From Candidatus Limnocylindrales bacterium (lineage in GTDB: Bacteria; Patescibacteriota; Saccharimonadia; Saccharimonadales; JAICHO01), in contig DATLEQ010000025.1 in NCBI GenBank assembly GCA_035525115.1, positions 1 through 44,194 on the forward strand: a DNA stretch of 44,194 nucleotides. The letters are read 5' to 3'. Position 1 is the first letter of the stretch. Each line of letters opens with the position of its first letter. The position numbers were made by a program, and so were the translations under genes. Shown here in pieces: positions 1 through 9,434 of the stretch. The notes below the pieces were generated by a model that was not told where the DNA came from, ran no database searches, and saw only the letters and a program-made list of their open reading frames with translations.

Positions 1-1
1 T

Positions 2-823
2 ACGCAGCGGCTTACTAAACTTGATGAAACTAACCGCCGAGTTGTTGATGTTGCCGATGAGTTAAGGACTTTGCAAAATGTCTTACAAAACCCTAAACAG
101 CGCGGTGTACTGGGTGAATATTACCTGGCACAAGTTTTAGAGAATGTGTTGCCGCCGGAGCGTTTTGCCTTGCAGCACAAGTTTAAGGATGGTGAAACCG
201 TTGATGCAGTAATCACCTTAGAAAAAGGAAAATTACTGCCTATAGATTCCAAATTCAGTCTTGAAAACTATAACCGCTTAGTAGAAGAAAAAGACAAACT
301 GCGCCAAGAAACAATAGCTAAACAGTTTAAGCAAGACCTAAAAAACCGCATAGATGAAACGGCCAAATATATACGGCCTGCCGAGCATACTATGGACTAT
401 GCTTTCATGTTTATCCCGAGCGAAGCCATTTATTATGACCTGCTTATTAACAAGGTTGGTACTGCCGGGACCTCGGCGCGTGACCTCATAGAATATGCTT
501 TCCGCGAAAAACATGTCATTATCGTCAGCCCGACGACCTTCATGGCTTATTTGCAAACTGTGTTACAGGGACTGCGAGGCTTGCAGATAGAAGAGCAGGC
601 TAAAGAGATTCAGATTCGCGTGGGACAGCTTGGCCAGCACCTGGGTGCCTACGAAGCGTATATGCAAAAACTAGGGAACAGTTTAGGCACGACCGTTAAC
701 CACTACAATACGGCCCACAAGGAGTTAAAAAAGATTGACAAAGATGTTGTTAAAATTGCGGGCAGAACTGCTGGCATAGAGCCCTTGCTGCTAGACCGCC
801 CCGTTAATAATGAACCAGAATAA
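2..823 (+). CDS. rmuC: DNA recombination protein RmuC, C-terminal portion (5' end lies left of the window)
   Basis: The frame is open from base 2 (TQRLTKLDETNRRVVDVADELRTLQNV...), so the ORF-track TTG at 71 is not the true start. The blocks NPKQRGVLGEYYL, LPIDSKF, FMFIPSEAIYYDL and HVIIVSPTTFMAYL match what I recall of the RmuC family. Confidence 0.8.
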   Translation, partial: TQRLTKLDETNRRVVDVADELRTLQNVLQNPKQRGVLGEYYLAQVLENVLPPERFALQHKFKDGETVDAVITLEKGKLLPIDSKFSLENYNRLVEEKDKLRQETIAKQFKQDLKNRIDETAKYIRPAEHTMDYAFMFIPSEAIYYDLLINKVGTAGTSARDLIEYAFREKHVIIVSPTTFMAYLQTVLQGLRGLQIEEQAKEIQIRVGQLGQHLGAYEAYMQKLGNSLGTTVNHYNTAHKELKKIDKDVVKIAGRTAGIEPLLLDRPVNNEPE

Positions 824-843
824 TTTGCTATACTGATTGCCAA

Positions 844-1059
844 ATGGAAATATTCAGTACACCATCTGCCAACCAAGAGTATAGGGCGATGGAGGAGTTA
901 TACGGACAAGCGCGTACTCGTGGACTACATTGGGTTGCTTTCTTAGATGTATGTTTTGATGGCGGCGATAGCGTTGAGGAAGCAAGTCAGCTCCTTCGTG
1001 ACCGGTTGCTAGATTCAGGCGATGGCGTAGCTTATTTAGATGATCCAAATCGGCAATAG
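844..1059 (+). CDS. small acidic hypothetical protein (71 aa)
   Basis: The ATG ORF fills the whole gap between rmuC and the convergent hydrolase gene. TGcTATACT at 826-834 ends 9 nt before the ATG, the same geometry seen at many other starts here. No family recognised. Confidence 0.4.
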   Translation: MEIFSTPSANQEYRAMEELYGQARTRGLHWVAFLDVCFDGGDSVEEASQLLRDRLLDSGDGVAYLDDPNRQ

Positions 1060-2385
1060 TTATCTGCAGTTAAGGAGGTCAATTGCCAGGGCGGCTGTCC
1101 AGCTGAAGTTTTTAGCGCCTGCAGGCGTACCGTCAAGTGCACTAAAATATTCATAACACCCACTTTTCTCCAGCATTTCCAATGTTGTTTCGGTTAGGGC
1201 CGCCGCATGATCGGCAAAACCCATACGCTTAAGGCCGTCAATAATCAGCCAATTGGTGTTAATCCAGGTGGGACCTTGCCAGTATACGTGCGGCTGAAAC
1301 CATGCTGACTTAACAGGAACGCTTGGTACCGGATAAGCCGTACCGAATAGATCAGCATTTTCCAATAGCCGAACCAGATGATCGGCACGGTCTTTGGTTA
1401 TGGAGCCGGCATACAGCGGCATCAGCGTGGCAATAGAAGGCTCTTTTAATAATGTGTGGGTCACGAAATTACGTGAATAATATTGTCCCGAATAGCCATC
1501 CCAAACCTGTTCAAGGGCCGCTTCGGTCCGATCCATTCGTTCTAGTAACTCTTCCGAGAGGTCCTCTTTGATGAGCTGCGCAATACTTCGCAAATGCTGG
1601 TTGGCGCGTATCAATATGCAATTGAAGGTCAGGTCCTCAATTGCAAATAGCGAATGGCTCAGTATTTTATTAATGTCGTAGCTTTTGCGCCGCAATCGCC
1701 GCTGTATGCTATAGAAAGCCAGCGCTTCAATAGGGTCTAAACGCTCTGCCCCAGGGATACGCTTGGTGTCACGCCTGAATAAGTTTACGATCCAACCTGT
1801 GTTAAGCTTTTTGGCAGCCCGGATCCAGAAGGCTAGTTGATGGTCATGTAGCTCTTGCATCCAGGGCGGTGTATTATCTAGGCCAGTTTCCCAAGGGTGG
1901 ATCTGCAGCACTAACCCTTCGGCGTGCGGATCACGCTCCGCATATAGCCACTTGTGATAAGCAAGTAATGCCGGATAAGTCTGTTTATACCAGCTACGAC
2001 GCTCGGCTTTTTTTAATAACTCACCAATTTTCACGATAGCCTCTGCCAACATCGGCGGCTGGGTGATGCCGGTTGTGGCGAAGGTGTCGGGTGAATAAGG
2101 GCTGGACCAACTACGCCACAGCTCACGGTCCCTGCGATACTGGCTTTCTGCATTAAATATCATATTTGGCAGCATGCCATTATGCCATTGGCCGCGCAGT
2201 AAACTGAGAATCTCAGTCTTAGCTCTATCTATATTGGTATGCCTCAGCCCGACAGCTATAAAACAACTATCCCATAACCACTGATGAGGATATAAGCCTT
2301 CTGCCGGAACCGTATAACCACCCTGGTCATTCATTTGCAGTACGTCTTTAGCTTGTTCTAACAAATCCGTCTGCTCTGCGTCCAT
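1060..2385 (-). CDS. six-hairpin (alpha/alpha)6 glycoside hydrolase, GH63/MGH1-like (glucosyl- or mannosylglycerate hydrolase / trehalase-like)
   Basis: 441-aa ORF carrying YPHQWLWDSCFIAVGL, IHPWETGLDNTPPW and YWQGPTWINTNW, motifs typical of GH63/GH37-type glycosidases. The substrate cannot be inferred. TATACT (minus strand, 2393-2398) lies 7 nt upstream of the ATG. Confidence 0.6.
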   Translation of the reverse strand: MDAEQTDLLEQAKDVLQMNDQGGYTVPAEGLYPHQWLWDSCFIAVGLRHTNIDRAKTEILSLLRGQWHNGMLPNMIFNAESQYRRDRELWRSWSSPYSPDTFATTGITQPPMLAEAIVKIGELLKKAERRSWYKQTYPALLAYHKWLYAERDPHAEGLVLQIHPWETGLDNTPPWMQELHDHQLAFWIRAAKKLNTGWIVNLFRRDTKRIPGAERLDPIEALAFYSIQRRLRRKSYDINKILSHSLFAIEDLTFNCILIRANQHLRSIAQLIKEDLSEELLERMDRTEAALEQVWDGYSGQYYSRNFVTHTLLKEPSIATLMPLYAGSITKDRADHLVRLLENADLFGTAYPVPSVPVKSAWFQPHVYWQGPTWINTNWLIIDGLKRMGFADHAAALTETTLEMLEKSGCYEYFSALDGTPAGAKNFSWTAALAIDLLNCR

Positions 2386-2403
2386 GGCTGCTAGTATAAC
2401 GTG

Positions 2404-2901
2404 CTAACGGTAGTTGGTGAAACTTAGCGCAAAATCATAATCCTGCTGCCGCAGTAGCTGCATGACGGCTTGCAGGTCATCCTTGCTATTGCTTGTTATG
2501 CGTACTGCCTCGCCTTGGATCTGGGATTTAACTTTGGGATAATTGTCACGTAGCAGGCTTGTAATTTTTTTGGCATTATCTTGGTTTAAACCTTGTTTGA
2601 AAGGGACTTCTTTGGTAGTTTTTAAATTTGCAACAACGGCTTCTTTAGAGGTATCCAGCACCTTCTGGCTTTGGCCCCGTGCGGCCAGTTTCTTGCGGAC
2701 AATGTCCAAAATAGCATCGGTTTGCCATTCGCCATTGCCCGTGACCTTAAAACCGGTTTTTTCACCGTTGAGCCATTCGAGCTCTGCGGGAGTGCCTTTA
2801 AAATCGTAACGGCTGTCTAGCTCGCGCTTAGTTTGGTCAAAGACGTTGTTCATCTCTGCCTTGTCATACTCACTGACCACATCAAAAGAAAATTGCGCCA
2901 T
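2404..2901 (-). CDS. yajQ: YajQ-family nucleotide-binding protein (UPF0234)
   Basis: MAQFSFDVVSEYDKAEMNNVFDQTKRELDSRYDFKG is close to the consensus YajQ N-terminus. I moved the start from ORF-track 2937 to ATG 2901, which gives a family-typical ~165 aa and fits the promoter geometry. Confidence 0.8.
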   Translation of the reverse strand: MAQFSFDVVSEYDKAEMNNVFDQTKRELDSRYDFKGTPAELEWLNGEKTGFKVTGNGEWQTDAILDIVRKKLAARGQSQKVLDTSKEAVVANLKTTKEVPFKQGLNQDNAKKITSLLRDNYPKVKSQIQGEAVRITSNSKDDLQAVMQLLRQQDYDFALSFTNYR

Positions 2902-2907
2902 GCGACC

Positions 2908-2937
2908 ATTATCTACTAAAAATGAAGATTTAGGCAA
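2908..2937 (-). promoter_or_regulatory. putative sigma70-type promoter of yajQ (TTGCCT-N18-GATAAT, then 6 nt to ATG 2901)
   Basis: The reverse complement of 2902-2940 reads tagTTGCCTaaatcttcatttttagtaGATAATggtcgc, followed by the ATG. No SD lies between the -10 and the start. Confidence 0.4.
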
Positions 2938-3337
2938 CTAAGGTTTCAGGTGTTTGTTCGGCCCCAACGTTATAAAACGCTACTTCAGTAGATATAATTT
3001 TAGTTCCTAATTGCGAGCTCCCGTCTATTAGGCCAAAAACGTGGACGGGTCCATCAGGCGCATCGGAAGTCCGCATATGAAGGTATCCGGTTTGATTGGC
3101 TGACTCGGGAACAACTGTCACCGTGCCGCAGGTAATGCGCGTACCGAGATGCTTGGCTGGCTGTGCTAAAGAATGTCTAGCCGGTAGGATATCCGCTTCA
3201 AATTGCTTTTCTATTGCAATAATTGCCTGACCTAGGGTTAATGCCGATGAGTCCAGGCGCTCACCTACTACATAACCCTGCATAACTTCAAACACATTCC
3301 CCTCCACTGTTTTTATGCTTATAGCTGTAGTGCACAC
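2930..3337 (-). CDS. hypothetical protein (start uncertain)
   Basis: This is the only long ORF in the 476-nt gap between yajQ and pheS. Possible starts are GTG 3337, GTG 3295 (5 nt after GGAGG) or ATG 3283. No family recognised and no convincing promoter seen. Confidence 0.35.
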   Translation of the reverse strand: MCTTAISIKTVEGNVFEVMQGYVVGERLDSSALTLGQAIIAIEKQFEADILPARHSLAQPAKHLGTRITCGTVTVVPESANQTGYLHMRTSDAPDGPVHVFGLIDGSSQLGTKIISTEVAFYNVGAEQTPETLVA

Positions 3338-3377
3338 CCTTACTTTTCTGTGGCAAAGCCGTTATAATTACAACCAA

Positions 3378-4433
3378 ATGGAGTATAAAAACCCTGAAGT
3401 AAGGGCAGCAGCTGAGCTATTAAGAGAACGTATAAATACCTTGGGTAATAAGCGGGATATTTTAAAGGCCATTGAACTTAAAGCCCTTTATGAGGAAATT
3501 CCACAATTACCAGCTAGTGAACGGGCGGCATTTGGCATGGAAATTAATGCCTTAAAAGAAGAGCTTCAAGGTTTGGCCGATAGCCAGCAAGCAGAAGACA
3601 CAACCTTAGCGCCAATTGACGTGACCGCCCCATTTGATATAAATACGCCCAAGTCCCGTAAGCCGCATCTTATGACTGCCGAATACGGTAGCCTACACCC
3701 TTTAATGAGCGAAATCCAAACTATTTCCGATATTTTTTATCGGATGGGCTTTAATGTTTCTGAATCGCGTCAGCTTGACGATGAATACCATATGTTTAGC
3801 GCCCTTAATTTCCCGGCTGGCCACCCAGCCCGCGATGATTACGACACCTTTATGACCATTGAAAAAGACAAAAATGGCAATCCATTAATTGCCCCGGCAC
3901 ACACGAGCACCATGCAAAATCGCTTGCTTAAAAAATACAAACCAAACCTGGAGCAGGGGATGCCGATAGCCGTTTTAGTTCCTGACCGGGTTTTTAGAAA
4001 TGAGGATTTAGACGCCCGCCACGAACATACCTTTTACCAGCATGAAGGTATTTATGTAGGCAAGGGCATACATGCCGGCCACCTTATGGCAACGCTCAAG
4101 ACATTTTTGAGTGAATATTACCAAACAGACCTTGACGTTAAGACCCAGCCATTTTATTTTCCATTCACTGAGCCTAGTTTTGAATTTGCCCTTAGCTGCC
4201 CTTTTTGCCAAAAGAAGGGTTGTAACATTTGTTCACAGACCGGGTGGATTGAACTGCTGGGCTGCGGTATGATTCACCCAAACGTACTTAAGATGGCCGA
4301 TATTGACCCGACTGAATATACGGGTTTTGCATGGGGCGGGGGTATTGACCGCTTGGTGATGATGAAATACGGCATAGAAGACGTACGCCATTTCCACTCC
4401 GGCAGGCTGGAATTTTTGAGGCAGTTTGTATGA
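3378..4433 (+). CDS. pheS: phenylalanine--tRNA ligase alpha subunit
   Basis: Contains the class II aaRS motifs FPAGHPARDDYDTF, FRNEDLDARHEHTFYQHEG and GFAWGGGIDRLVMM. The start is set at ATG 3378 (MEYKNPEV...), with TATAAT at 3363-3368 ending 9 nt upstream. The ORF-track start 3315 would overlap the divergent region. Confidence 0.9.
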   Translation: MEYKNPEVRAAAELLRERINTLGNKRDILKAIELKALYEEIPQLPASERAAFGMEINALKEELQGLADSQQAEDTTLAPIDVTAPFDINTPKSRKPHLMTAEYGSLHPLMSEIQTISDIFYRMGFNVSESRQLDDEYHMFSALNFPAGHPARDDYDTFMTIEKDKNGNPLIAPAHTSTMQNRLLKKYKPNLEQGMPIAVLVPDRVFRNEDLDARHEHTFYQHEGIYVGKGIHAGHLMATLKTFLSEYYQTDLDVKTQPFYFPFTEPSFEFALSCPFCQKKGCNICSQTGWIELLGCGMIHPNVLKMADIDPTEYTGFAWGGGIDRLVMMKYGIEDVRHFHSGRLEFLRQFV

Positions 4434-6994
4434 AGATAAGCCTAAATAGCATCCGCGGACTGAACAAACGTTACGGGTGCGCCGGTGATATCGCGCCCTT
4501 AGGCATAGATGACCTAACTATAAAAATGGGCGCCCAGCTAGGAGCGGTAGAGCAGGTTACCGATATTGGTAAAAAATACCAGGGCGCGGTACTGGTAAAA
4601 GTTCTGAAATGCTGGTCGCACCCCGATTCGGACCACTTGCATGTCTGTAGTATTGACGACGGAGGTATTACACCCGATGTCAATAGGGGCGCTGACGGTA
4701 CGGTAGAGGTTGTATGCGGCGCACGCAATGTACGTGAAGGCCTTACTGCCGTCTGGCTGCCGCCCGGCGTGACAGTGCCGCAAAGCCTTGACAAGGAGCC
4801 GTTTGTTCTAGAAGCACGGGCAATCAGGGGTGTTGTGAGCAATGGAATGTTGGCGTCAGCTAAAGAACTTGCGTTAGGCGACAACCACGAAGGTATCCTA
4901 GAGATAGATGGCTCTATCAAGCCAGGGACCTTATTTGCTGATGCCTATGACTTGAGCGGCGACTATTTAATTGATATTGAAAATAAGATGTTTACCCATC
5001 GACCCGACTGTTTTGGCTTTTTGGGTATTTCGCGTGAGCTAGCCGGTATTCAGCGGATGCAATTTAAAAGCCCAGCTTGGTACACAGTTCAGCCGCAATT
5101 TCCGGGCATCGAAACGGAGGAGTTACCACTGAGTGTACAGAATGAGTTGCCTGAGCTGGCACCGCGTTTTACGGCTATTACCATGAGCAATGTTGAGGTT
5201 GGGCCAAGCCCTATGTGGCTACAGGTCGAGTTAACTAAAGTCGGGCTGCGTCCTATTAATAATATCGTGGATTACACTAACTTTTTCATGCTGGAAACTG
5301 GTCAGCCGCTTCACGCCTATGACTATGATAAAGTTGCCGTCCTCTCGGGCGACCAAGCCAGTTTGGTAATTCGGAAGCCCCATGCCGGCGAAAAGTTAAC
5401 CTTGCTTAACGGTAAAGTAATCGAACCACATGAAAATGCCATTATGATTGCTAGCGACAAGCAGCTTATTGGTATGGGCGGTGTTATGGGTGGCAGCGAG
5501 ACAGAGGTAAGTGAAACTACACGAAATATTATTCTGGAGTGTGCTAATTTTGATATGTACACCATCCGAAAAACGGCTATGGAGCATGGCATTTTTACGG
5601 ATGCGGTTACTCGTTTCAATAAAGGGCAAAGTCCATTACAAAACCTTGCGGTACTGGTTAAGATTGTCGACGAGATCAGAAATTTTGCCGGGGGCAAGGT
5701 GGCAAGCCGTGTCATAGATGACAATCATTTGCCATCAGAAATGCTTGAGCGGGGATCAGTATTCCCAAGCATCAGCGTAAGCAGTGGTTTTATAAACGCG
5801 CGGCTCGGCCTGGGGCTGAGCGCTACCGAAATAAGTCAATTGCTGGGCAATGTAGAATTTAATGTGACGCTTGAGGGTGACAACCTAATAGTAACGGCAC
5901 CTTTCTGGCGTACCGACATTGAAATACCTGAAGATATTGTAGAGGAAGTAGGCCGGTTGTACGGTTATGATAAATTGCCGCTGGTGCTGCCTAGGCGCGA
6001 TATTTTACCTGTGTCAAAAAACCCACTGCTCGTAGTAAAACAAAGCCTACGGGAAAGCCTGGCTAAAACCGGGGCCAACGAAGTATTAACATATAGCTTT
6101 ATCCACGGCAACCTGATTAATAAAGTCGGGCAAGACCGAGAGCAAGCCTACCGGCTATCTAATGCACTTAGCCCCGATTTACAGTACTACCGCATGAGCA
6201 TAACGCCGAGCCTCCTAGACAAAGTCCATCCAAATATTAAGGCAGGCTACCGTGAATTCGCAATTTTCGAACTGGGGAAGGTGCATGTAAAAAGCGAAAA
6301 TGACCCAGCTGAACCAGATGTGCCTAAAGAGGCTAACGCCCTCGGGGCGGTCATTGCTGCCGATGACAAAACCGCCGCTCGTGACGGGGCTGCATTTTAT
6401 ACGGCCAAAAGATATCTCCTGGCTTTACTGCAAGAATTTCAATTAGACCATGCCCTTGCTTTTGAACCATTAGCAGGTGCGGATTTGTATGAAAATCCTT
6501 GGCTACAACAAATGGCAGCGCCTTTTGAGCCTGCCCACAGCGCCGTGTTGCGTGACCAAGAAAAAATGGTCTGGGGTATTGTCGGTGAATATAAAGACGC
6601 AGTCAAAACAGCATTAAAGCTGCCGGAATATACGGCCGGATTTGAAATAGATCCCCTTGTATTTTTACTGAATACATCCAAGGCGAAAATATATGTTCCG
6701 CTACCGCGTTTCCCAAAAGTCCAGCAAGATATTACGCTAAAAGTTTCTAGTGATGTGCCATTTCAGGCGGTTTACGATCTTTTGAACAAACATCTAAAGT
6801 CTCTGGAAGACATGCGCGCCACATTGCAACCACTCGATATTTATCAGGGCGGTAATGATCCTGGCCACAAGCATCTAACATTTCGTTATACTGTCGCGCA
6901 CTACCAGAAGACGCTTACCACCGAAGAGGTTAATACCATATTAGATCAAGCAGCAGCAATGGCGCGCAATCAACTACGTGCCGAACGAATTTAG
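4430..6994 (+). CDS. pheT: phenylalanine--tRNA ligase beta subunit
   Basis: 854 aa with an ATGA start/stop overlap with pheS. It has an N-terminal tRNA-binding-like domain (HPDSDHLHVCSID), a B3/4-B5 core (FTHRPDCFG, HAYDYDK, GVMGG) and a C-terminal FDX-ACB-like end (DITLKV...LTFRYT). Confidence 0.9.
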   Translation: MKISLNSIRGLNKRYGCAGDIAPLGIDDLTIKMGAQLGAVEQVTDIGKKYQGAVLVKVLKCWSHPDSDHLHVCSIDDGGITPDVNRGADGTVEVVCGARNVREGLTAVWLPPGVTVPQSLDKEPFVLEARAIRGVVSNGMLASAKELALGDNHEGILEIDGSIKPGTLFADAYDLSGDYLIDIENKMFTHRPDCFGFLGISRELAGIQRMQFKSPAWYTVQPQFPGIETEELPLSVQNELPELAPRFTAITMSNVEVGPSPMWLQVELTKVGLRPINNIVDYTNFFMLETGQPLHAYDYDKVAVLSGDQASLVIRKPHAGEKLTLLNGKVIEPHENAIMIASDKQLIGMGGVMGGSETEVSETTRNIILECANFDMYTIRKTAMEHGIFTDAVTRFNKGQSPLQNLAVLVKIVDEIRNFAGGKVASRVIDDNHLPSEMLERGSVFPSISVSSGFINARLGLGLSATEISQLLGNVEFNVTLEGDNLIVTAPFWRTDIEIPEDIVEEVGRLYGYDKLPLVLPRRDILPVSKNPLLVVKQSLRESLAKTGANEVLTYSFIHGNLINKVGQDREQAYRLSNALSPDLQYYRMSITPSLLDKVHPNIKAGYREFAIFELGKVHVKSENDPAEPDVPKEANALGAVIAADDKTAARDGAAFYTAKRYLLALLQEFQLDHALAFEPLAGADLYENPWLQQMAAPFEPAHSAVLRDQEKMVWGIVGEYKDAVKTALKLPEYTAGFEIDPLVFLLNTSKAKIYVPLPRFPKVQQDITLKVSSDVPFQAVYDLLNKHLKSLEDMRATLQPLDIYQGGNDPGHKHLTFRYTVAHYQKTLTTEEVNTILDQAAAMARNQLRAERI

Positions 6995-7010
6995 AAGAGA
7001 TTTTTAAAGC

Positions 7011-7019
7011 TGTTAAACT
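7011..7019 (+). promoter_or_regulatory. extended -10-like element TGtTAAACT, 7 nt upstream of ATG 7027
   Basis: The sequence is gcTGTTAAACTttaacatATG. The identical 9-mer with identical spacing recurs at 7595-7603. Confidence 0.4.
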
Positions 7020-7026
7020 TTAACAT

Positions 7027-7545
7027 ATGCTTGTCACGTCTCATATATTAGCTGGTGCTGCACTGGGAACGTTATTTAGTAATAGACCCGGTGGTGTGGT
7101 CATTGGCTTTGGAGTAGGCGTATTGTCTCATTACATACTTGATGCTGTACCGCATTGGGAAAGGTTGTTTGGCCCCCACTACAATAATACCTTGTCTAAA
7201 AACCATCATGATTGGCCGAGGCATATTTTGGTTCAAGGCGCCATGGACCTGTTGGTGGGTGTGGTTTTGTTAAGGTATTTTGCTTTTCAAGCAAATAGGC
7301 CACTCGCTCAAGCTATTTTTTGGGGCGGCATAGGCGGTGCCTTACCTGACATAATAGATAATGCTCCATTTTGGAGCCACATGACTAAAAACCTGCCATT
7401 TTTAAAGATAACTATGCGTGTCCACAGGCGTGTCCATATACCTGTTACAAAGCAACTTAAGTTGCCAAAATATACTGGCCTTCTGACACAGCTGGTAATA
7501 TGCTGCTCTGCGGCCTGGTTCTTAATAGTCGCCGCAGGCCGTTAG
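7027..7545 (+). CDS. polytopic membrane protein, possibly YdjM/DUF457-like metal-dependent hydrolase
   Basis: 172 aa with several hydrophobic helices. The N-terminal SHILAGAALG and LSHYILDAVPHW His/Asp motifs resemble the DUF457 family. The assignment is tentative. Confidence 0.4.
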   Translation: MLVTSHILAGAALGTLFSNRPGGVVIGFGVGVLSHYILDAVPHWERLFGPHYNNTLSKNHHDWPRHILVQGAMDLLVGVVLLRYFAFQANRPLAQAIFWGGIGGALPDIIDNAPFWSHMTKNLPFLKITMRVHRRVHIPVTKQLKLPKYTGLLTQLVICCSAAWFLIVAAGR

Positions 7546-7594
7546 TATAATGTATCGGTACGGCACTAAAGCAGGAGCGGTTTTACTCAAAGCT

Positions 7595-7603
7595 TGTTAA
7601 ACT
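7595..7603 (+). promoter_or_regulatory. extended -10-like element TGtTAAACT, 7 nt upstream of ATG 7611
   Basis: The sequence is cTTGTTAAACTgtgaactATG, the same 9-mer and spacing as at 7011-7019. No SD lies before the start. Confidence 0.4.
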
Positions 7604-7610
7604 GTGAACT

Positions 7611-9413
7611 ATGAAGCAGTACAAAAAGCTGTTAGCTGGCATTTCGCTTGCCACCCTCTTACTTCTTACGGTTATGCCACGAGTGCATGCGGACGTAAAC
7701 GACTTTGTTATTAATGATTTTTCAGCAGACTACTATCTTAGCAATGACGACCGCCAAGGGATGTTGCATGTTATTGAACAAATTGATTTGGTATATTCAG
7801 ATTATAACCACGGTATATTACGGGCGATCCCCAACAAATACAAAGGCCACAGCCTGGCGTTAAAGATTAACAGCGTTTCATCCTTAAGCGGTGCTCCAAG
7901 CCAGTTCACCACCTATAAGCAGAACGACAATACGGTACTTAAAATAGGCGACCCTAACCGTACGGTAACAGGACACCAGAAATACAGGGTGGACTACACG
8001 GTTAGTAATGTTATCGGTTTTTATAACGACCATGATGAACTCTATTGGGATATAAATGGGACAGGCTGGCGTCAGCCATTCAACCATGTGCAAGCTCGTA
8101 TACATTTGCCGCCCGAACTTAAAGCTACAAAAGTGAAGTGTTATGCAGGGCCCGAAAACTCAACGGCAGCTAACTGCAGTTACACTAATCTTGGCGATGT
8201 TACCCAGTTCGATACCACAAATAAACTTAATCCTCTGGAGACGTTTACCGTAGTACTCGGTTTTAACAAGGGTTTCTTTACGCCTACTTCTTTGAGCGAG
8301 CGAGCGGCTGCCTATGCCCCGACCGTTTTGTCCTTTATAACGTTGCCTTTACTGCTAGGTGGCGGTGCATTCGTATATTGGCTAAGAAGGGGCCGTGACG
8401 CTAAGGGCAGTGGAGTTATCGTCCCCGAATACGAACCACCCGACCAGCTCAAACCAATAGAAGTGGGGGCTATAGCTGACTTTAAGATTGACAACCGCGA
8501 TATTTCGGCCACCCTTATTGACATGGCCATTCGGGGCTACATAAGCATAACGGAAGAAACTGAGAAAAAAATACTGAAGGACAAAAAACATTATTCTTTA
8601 ACTATAAAAAATCCCGACTTTAGCAAACTTGACTATTTTGAAAAGAGTCTTTTAGAAGGTATTTTTAATAAAATCGATGTGTTGGGCTTAGCCGGTAAAG
8701 ACGGGCTGCCAAGTGCAGGGATGTCTGTACGCCTAAACACTATTAAGGGGTTTTATGTCGTGGTTCGTGATGTGAGGGATGATGTGAGTGACGGTTTAAC
8801 GACCGAAGGCTATTTTAGGGGCAACCCCTTAAAGTCAGGGAAGGTTTTAGCGGGTTTATCAATCAGTATTTTTTTTGTTCTATATATTTTTGCAGGAGCT
8901 TTTAAAGGTGCTGGCGTAAATACTGTCGCCTTAATAGCGGGTGCCGCCTTTGCAGCCGCATTATGCGCCTTGTTTGCACGGATTATGCCGAGCCGTAGCG
9001 AAAAAGGTGTCATGACCCGTGAACGTATACTCGGGCTTAAGCTCTATTTGGAAACTGCCGAAAAAGACCGTTTGAAAATGTTGCAAAGTCCGGATGCACC
9101 CTATGCAGCCCACAATCCGGAGCCGGTAAAGACAGTTGAACTGTTTGAACAATTGTTACCGTATGCCATTGCGCTTGGCGTAGAAAAGGGTTGGGCTAAA
9201 CAGTTTGAAGGCATTTATATTCAACCACCAAACTGGTATAGCGGTAATTGGAGCACGTTTAACTCGGTATACTTTGCGTCAGCCCTAAATGATAGTGTCA
9301 ACGCCATGGGTACTGTATTCGCACCGCCCAGCAGCTCGGGTGGCTCCGGCTTTTCCGGCGGTGGCGGCTTTTCTGGTGGCGGCGGTGGCGGTGGCGGTGG
9401 CGGCGGTTGGTAG
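7611..9413 (+). CDS. DUF2207-family membrane protein with Gly-rich C-terminal tail
   Basis: It has a signal peptide (LLLLTVMPRVHA/DV), a large N-terminal ectodomain and several TM helices. The terminal SSSGGSGFSGGGGFSGGGGGGGGGGGW tail is characteristic of DUF2207 proteins as I recall them. Confidence 0.75.
   Translation: MKQYKKLLAGISLATLLLLTVMPRVHADVNDFVINDFSADYYLSNDDRQGMLHVIEQIDLVYSDYNHGILRAIPNKYKGHSLALKINSVSSLSGAPSQFTTYKQNDNTVLKIGDPNRTVTGHQKYRVDYTVSNVIGFYNDHDELYWDINGTGWRQPFNHVQARIHLPPELKATKVKCYAGPENSTAANCSYTNLGDVTQFDTTNKLNPLETFTVVLGFNKGFFTPTSLSERAAAYAPTVLSFITLPLLLGGGAFVYWLRRGRDAKGSGVIVPEYEPPDQLKPIEVGAIADFKIDNRDISATLIDMAIRGYISITEETEKKILKDKKHYSLTIKNPDFSKLDYFEKSLLEGIFNKIDVLGLAGKDGLPSAGMSVRLNTIKGFYVVVRDVRDDVSDGLTTEGYFRGNPLKSGKVLAGLSISIFFVLYIFAGAFKGAGVNTVALIAGAAFAAALCALFARIMPSRSEKGVMTRERILGLKLYLETAEKDRLKMLQSPDAPYAAHNPEPVKTVELFEQLLPYAIALGVEKGWAKQFEGIYIQPPNWYSGNWSTFNSVYFASALNDSVNAMGTVFAPPSSSGGSGFSGGGGFSGGGGGGGGGGGW
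9375..9407 (+). repeat. (GGY)11 trinucleotide tract encoding poly-Gly at the C-terminus of the DUF2207 protein
   Basis: The tract reads ggt ggc ggc ggt ggc ggt ggc ggt ggc ggc ggt, directly before TGG TAG. It sits inside a wider Gly/Ser-rich region starting at 9339. Confidence 0.9.
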
Positions 9414-9434
9414 TATGGTGGTAAGCTTTTAGGG

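Noticed and set aside
2902-2937. N-terminal extensions given by the ORF track: yajQ 2902-2937, pheS 3315-3377, ppa 17374-17418, rpe 20757-20804 and the ATPase 29947-29967.
   Set aside because: The extensions add residues absent from family N-termini, overlap neighbouring genes or predicted promoters, and use weak TTG or distant starts. Internal ATG or GTG starts with a promoter or SD fit better.
4471-5724. Several 70-150-aa ORFs on the minus strand and in alternative + frames inside pheT (4471-4920, 4538-4783, 5323-5724, 5396-5629, 5511-5717).
   Set aside because: All lie entirely within a strongly supported aaRS gene. They have low-complexity or Ser/Pro/Arg-rich translations and no start-site signals. 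I treat them as shadow ORFs.
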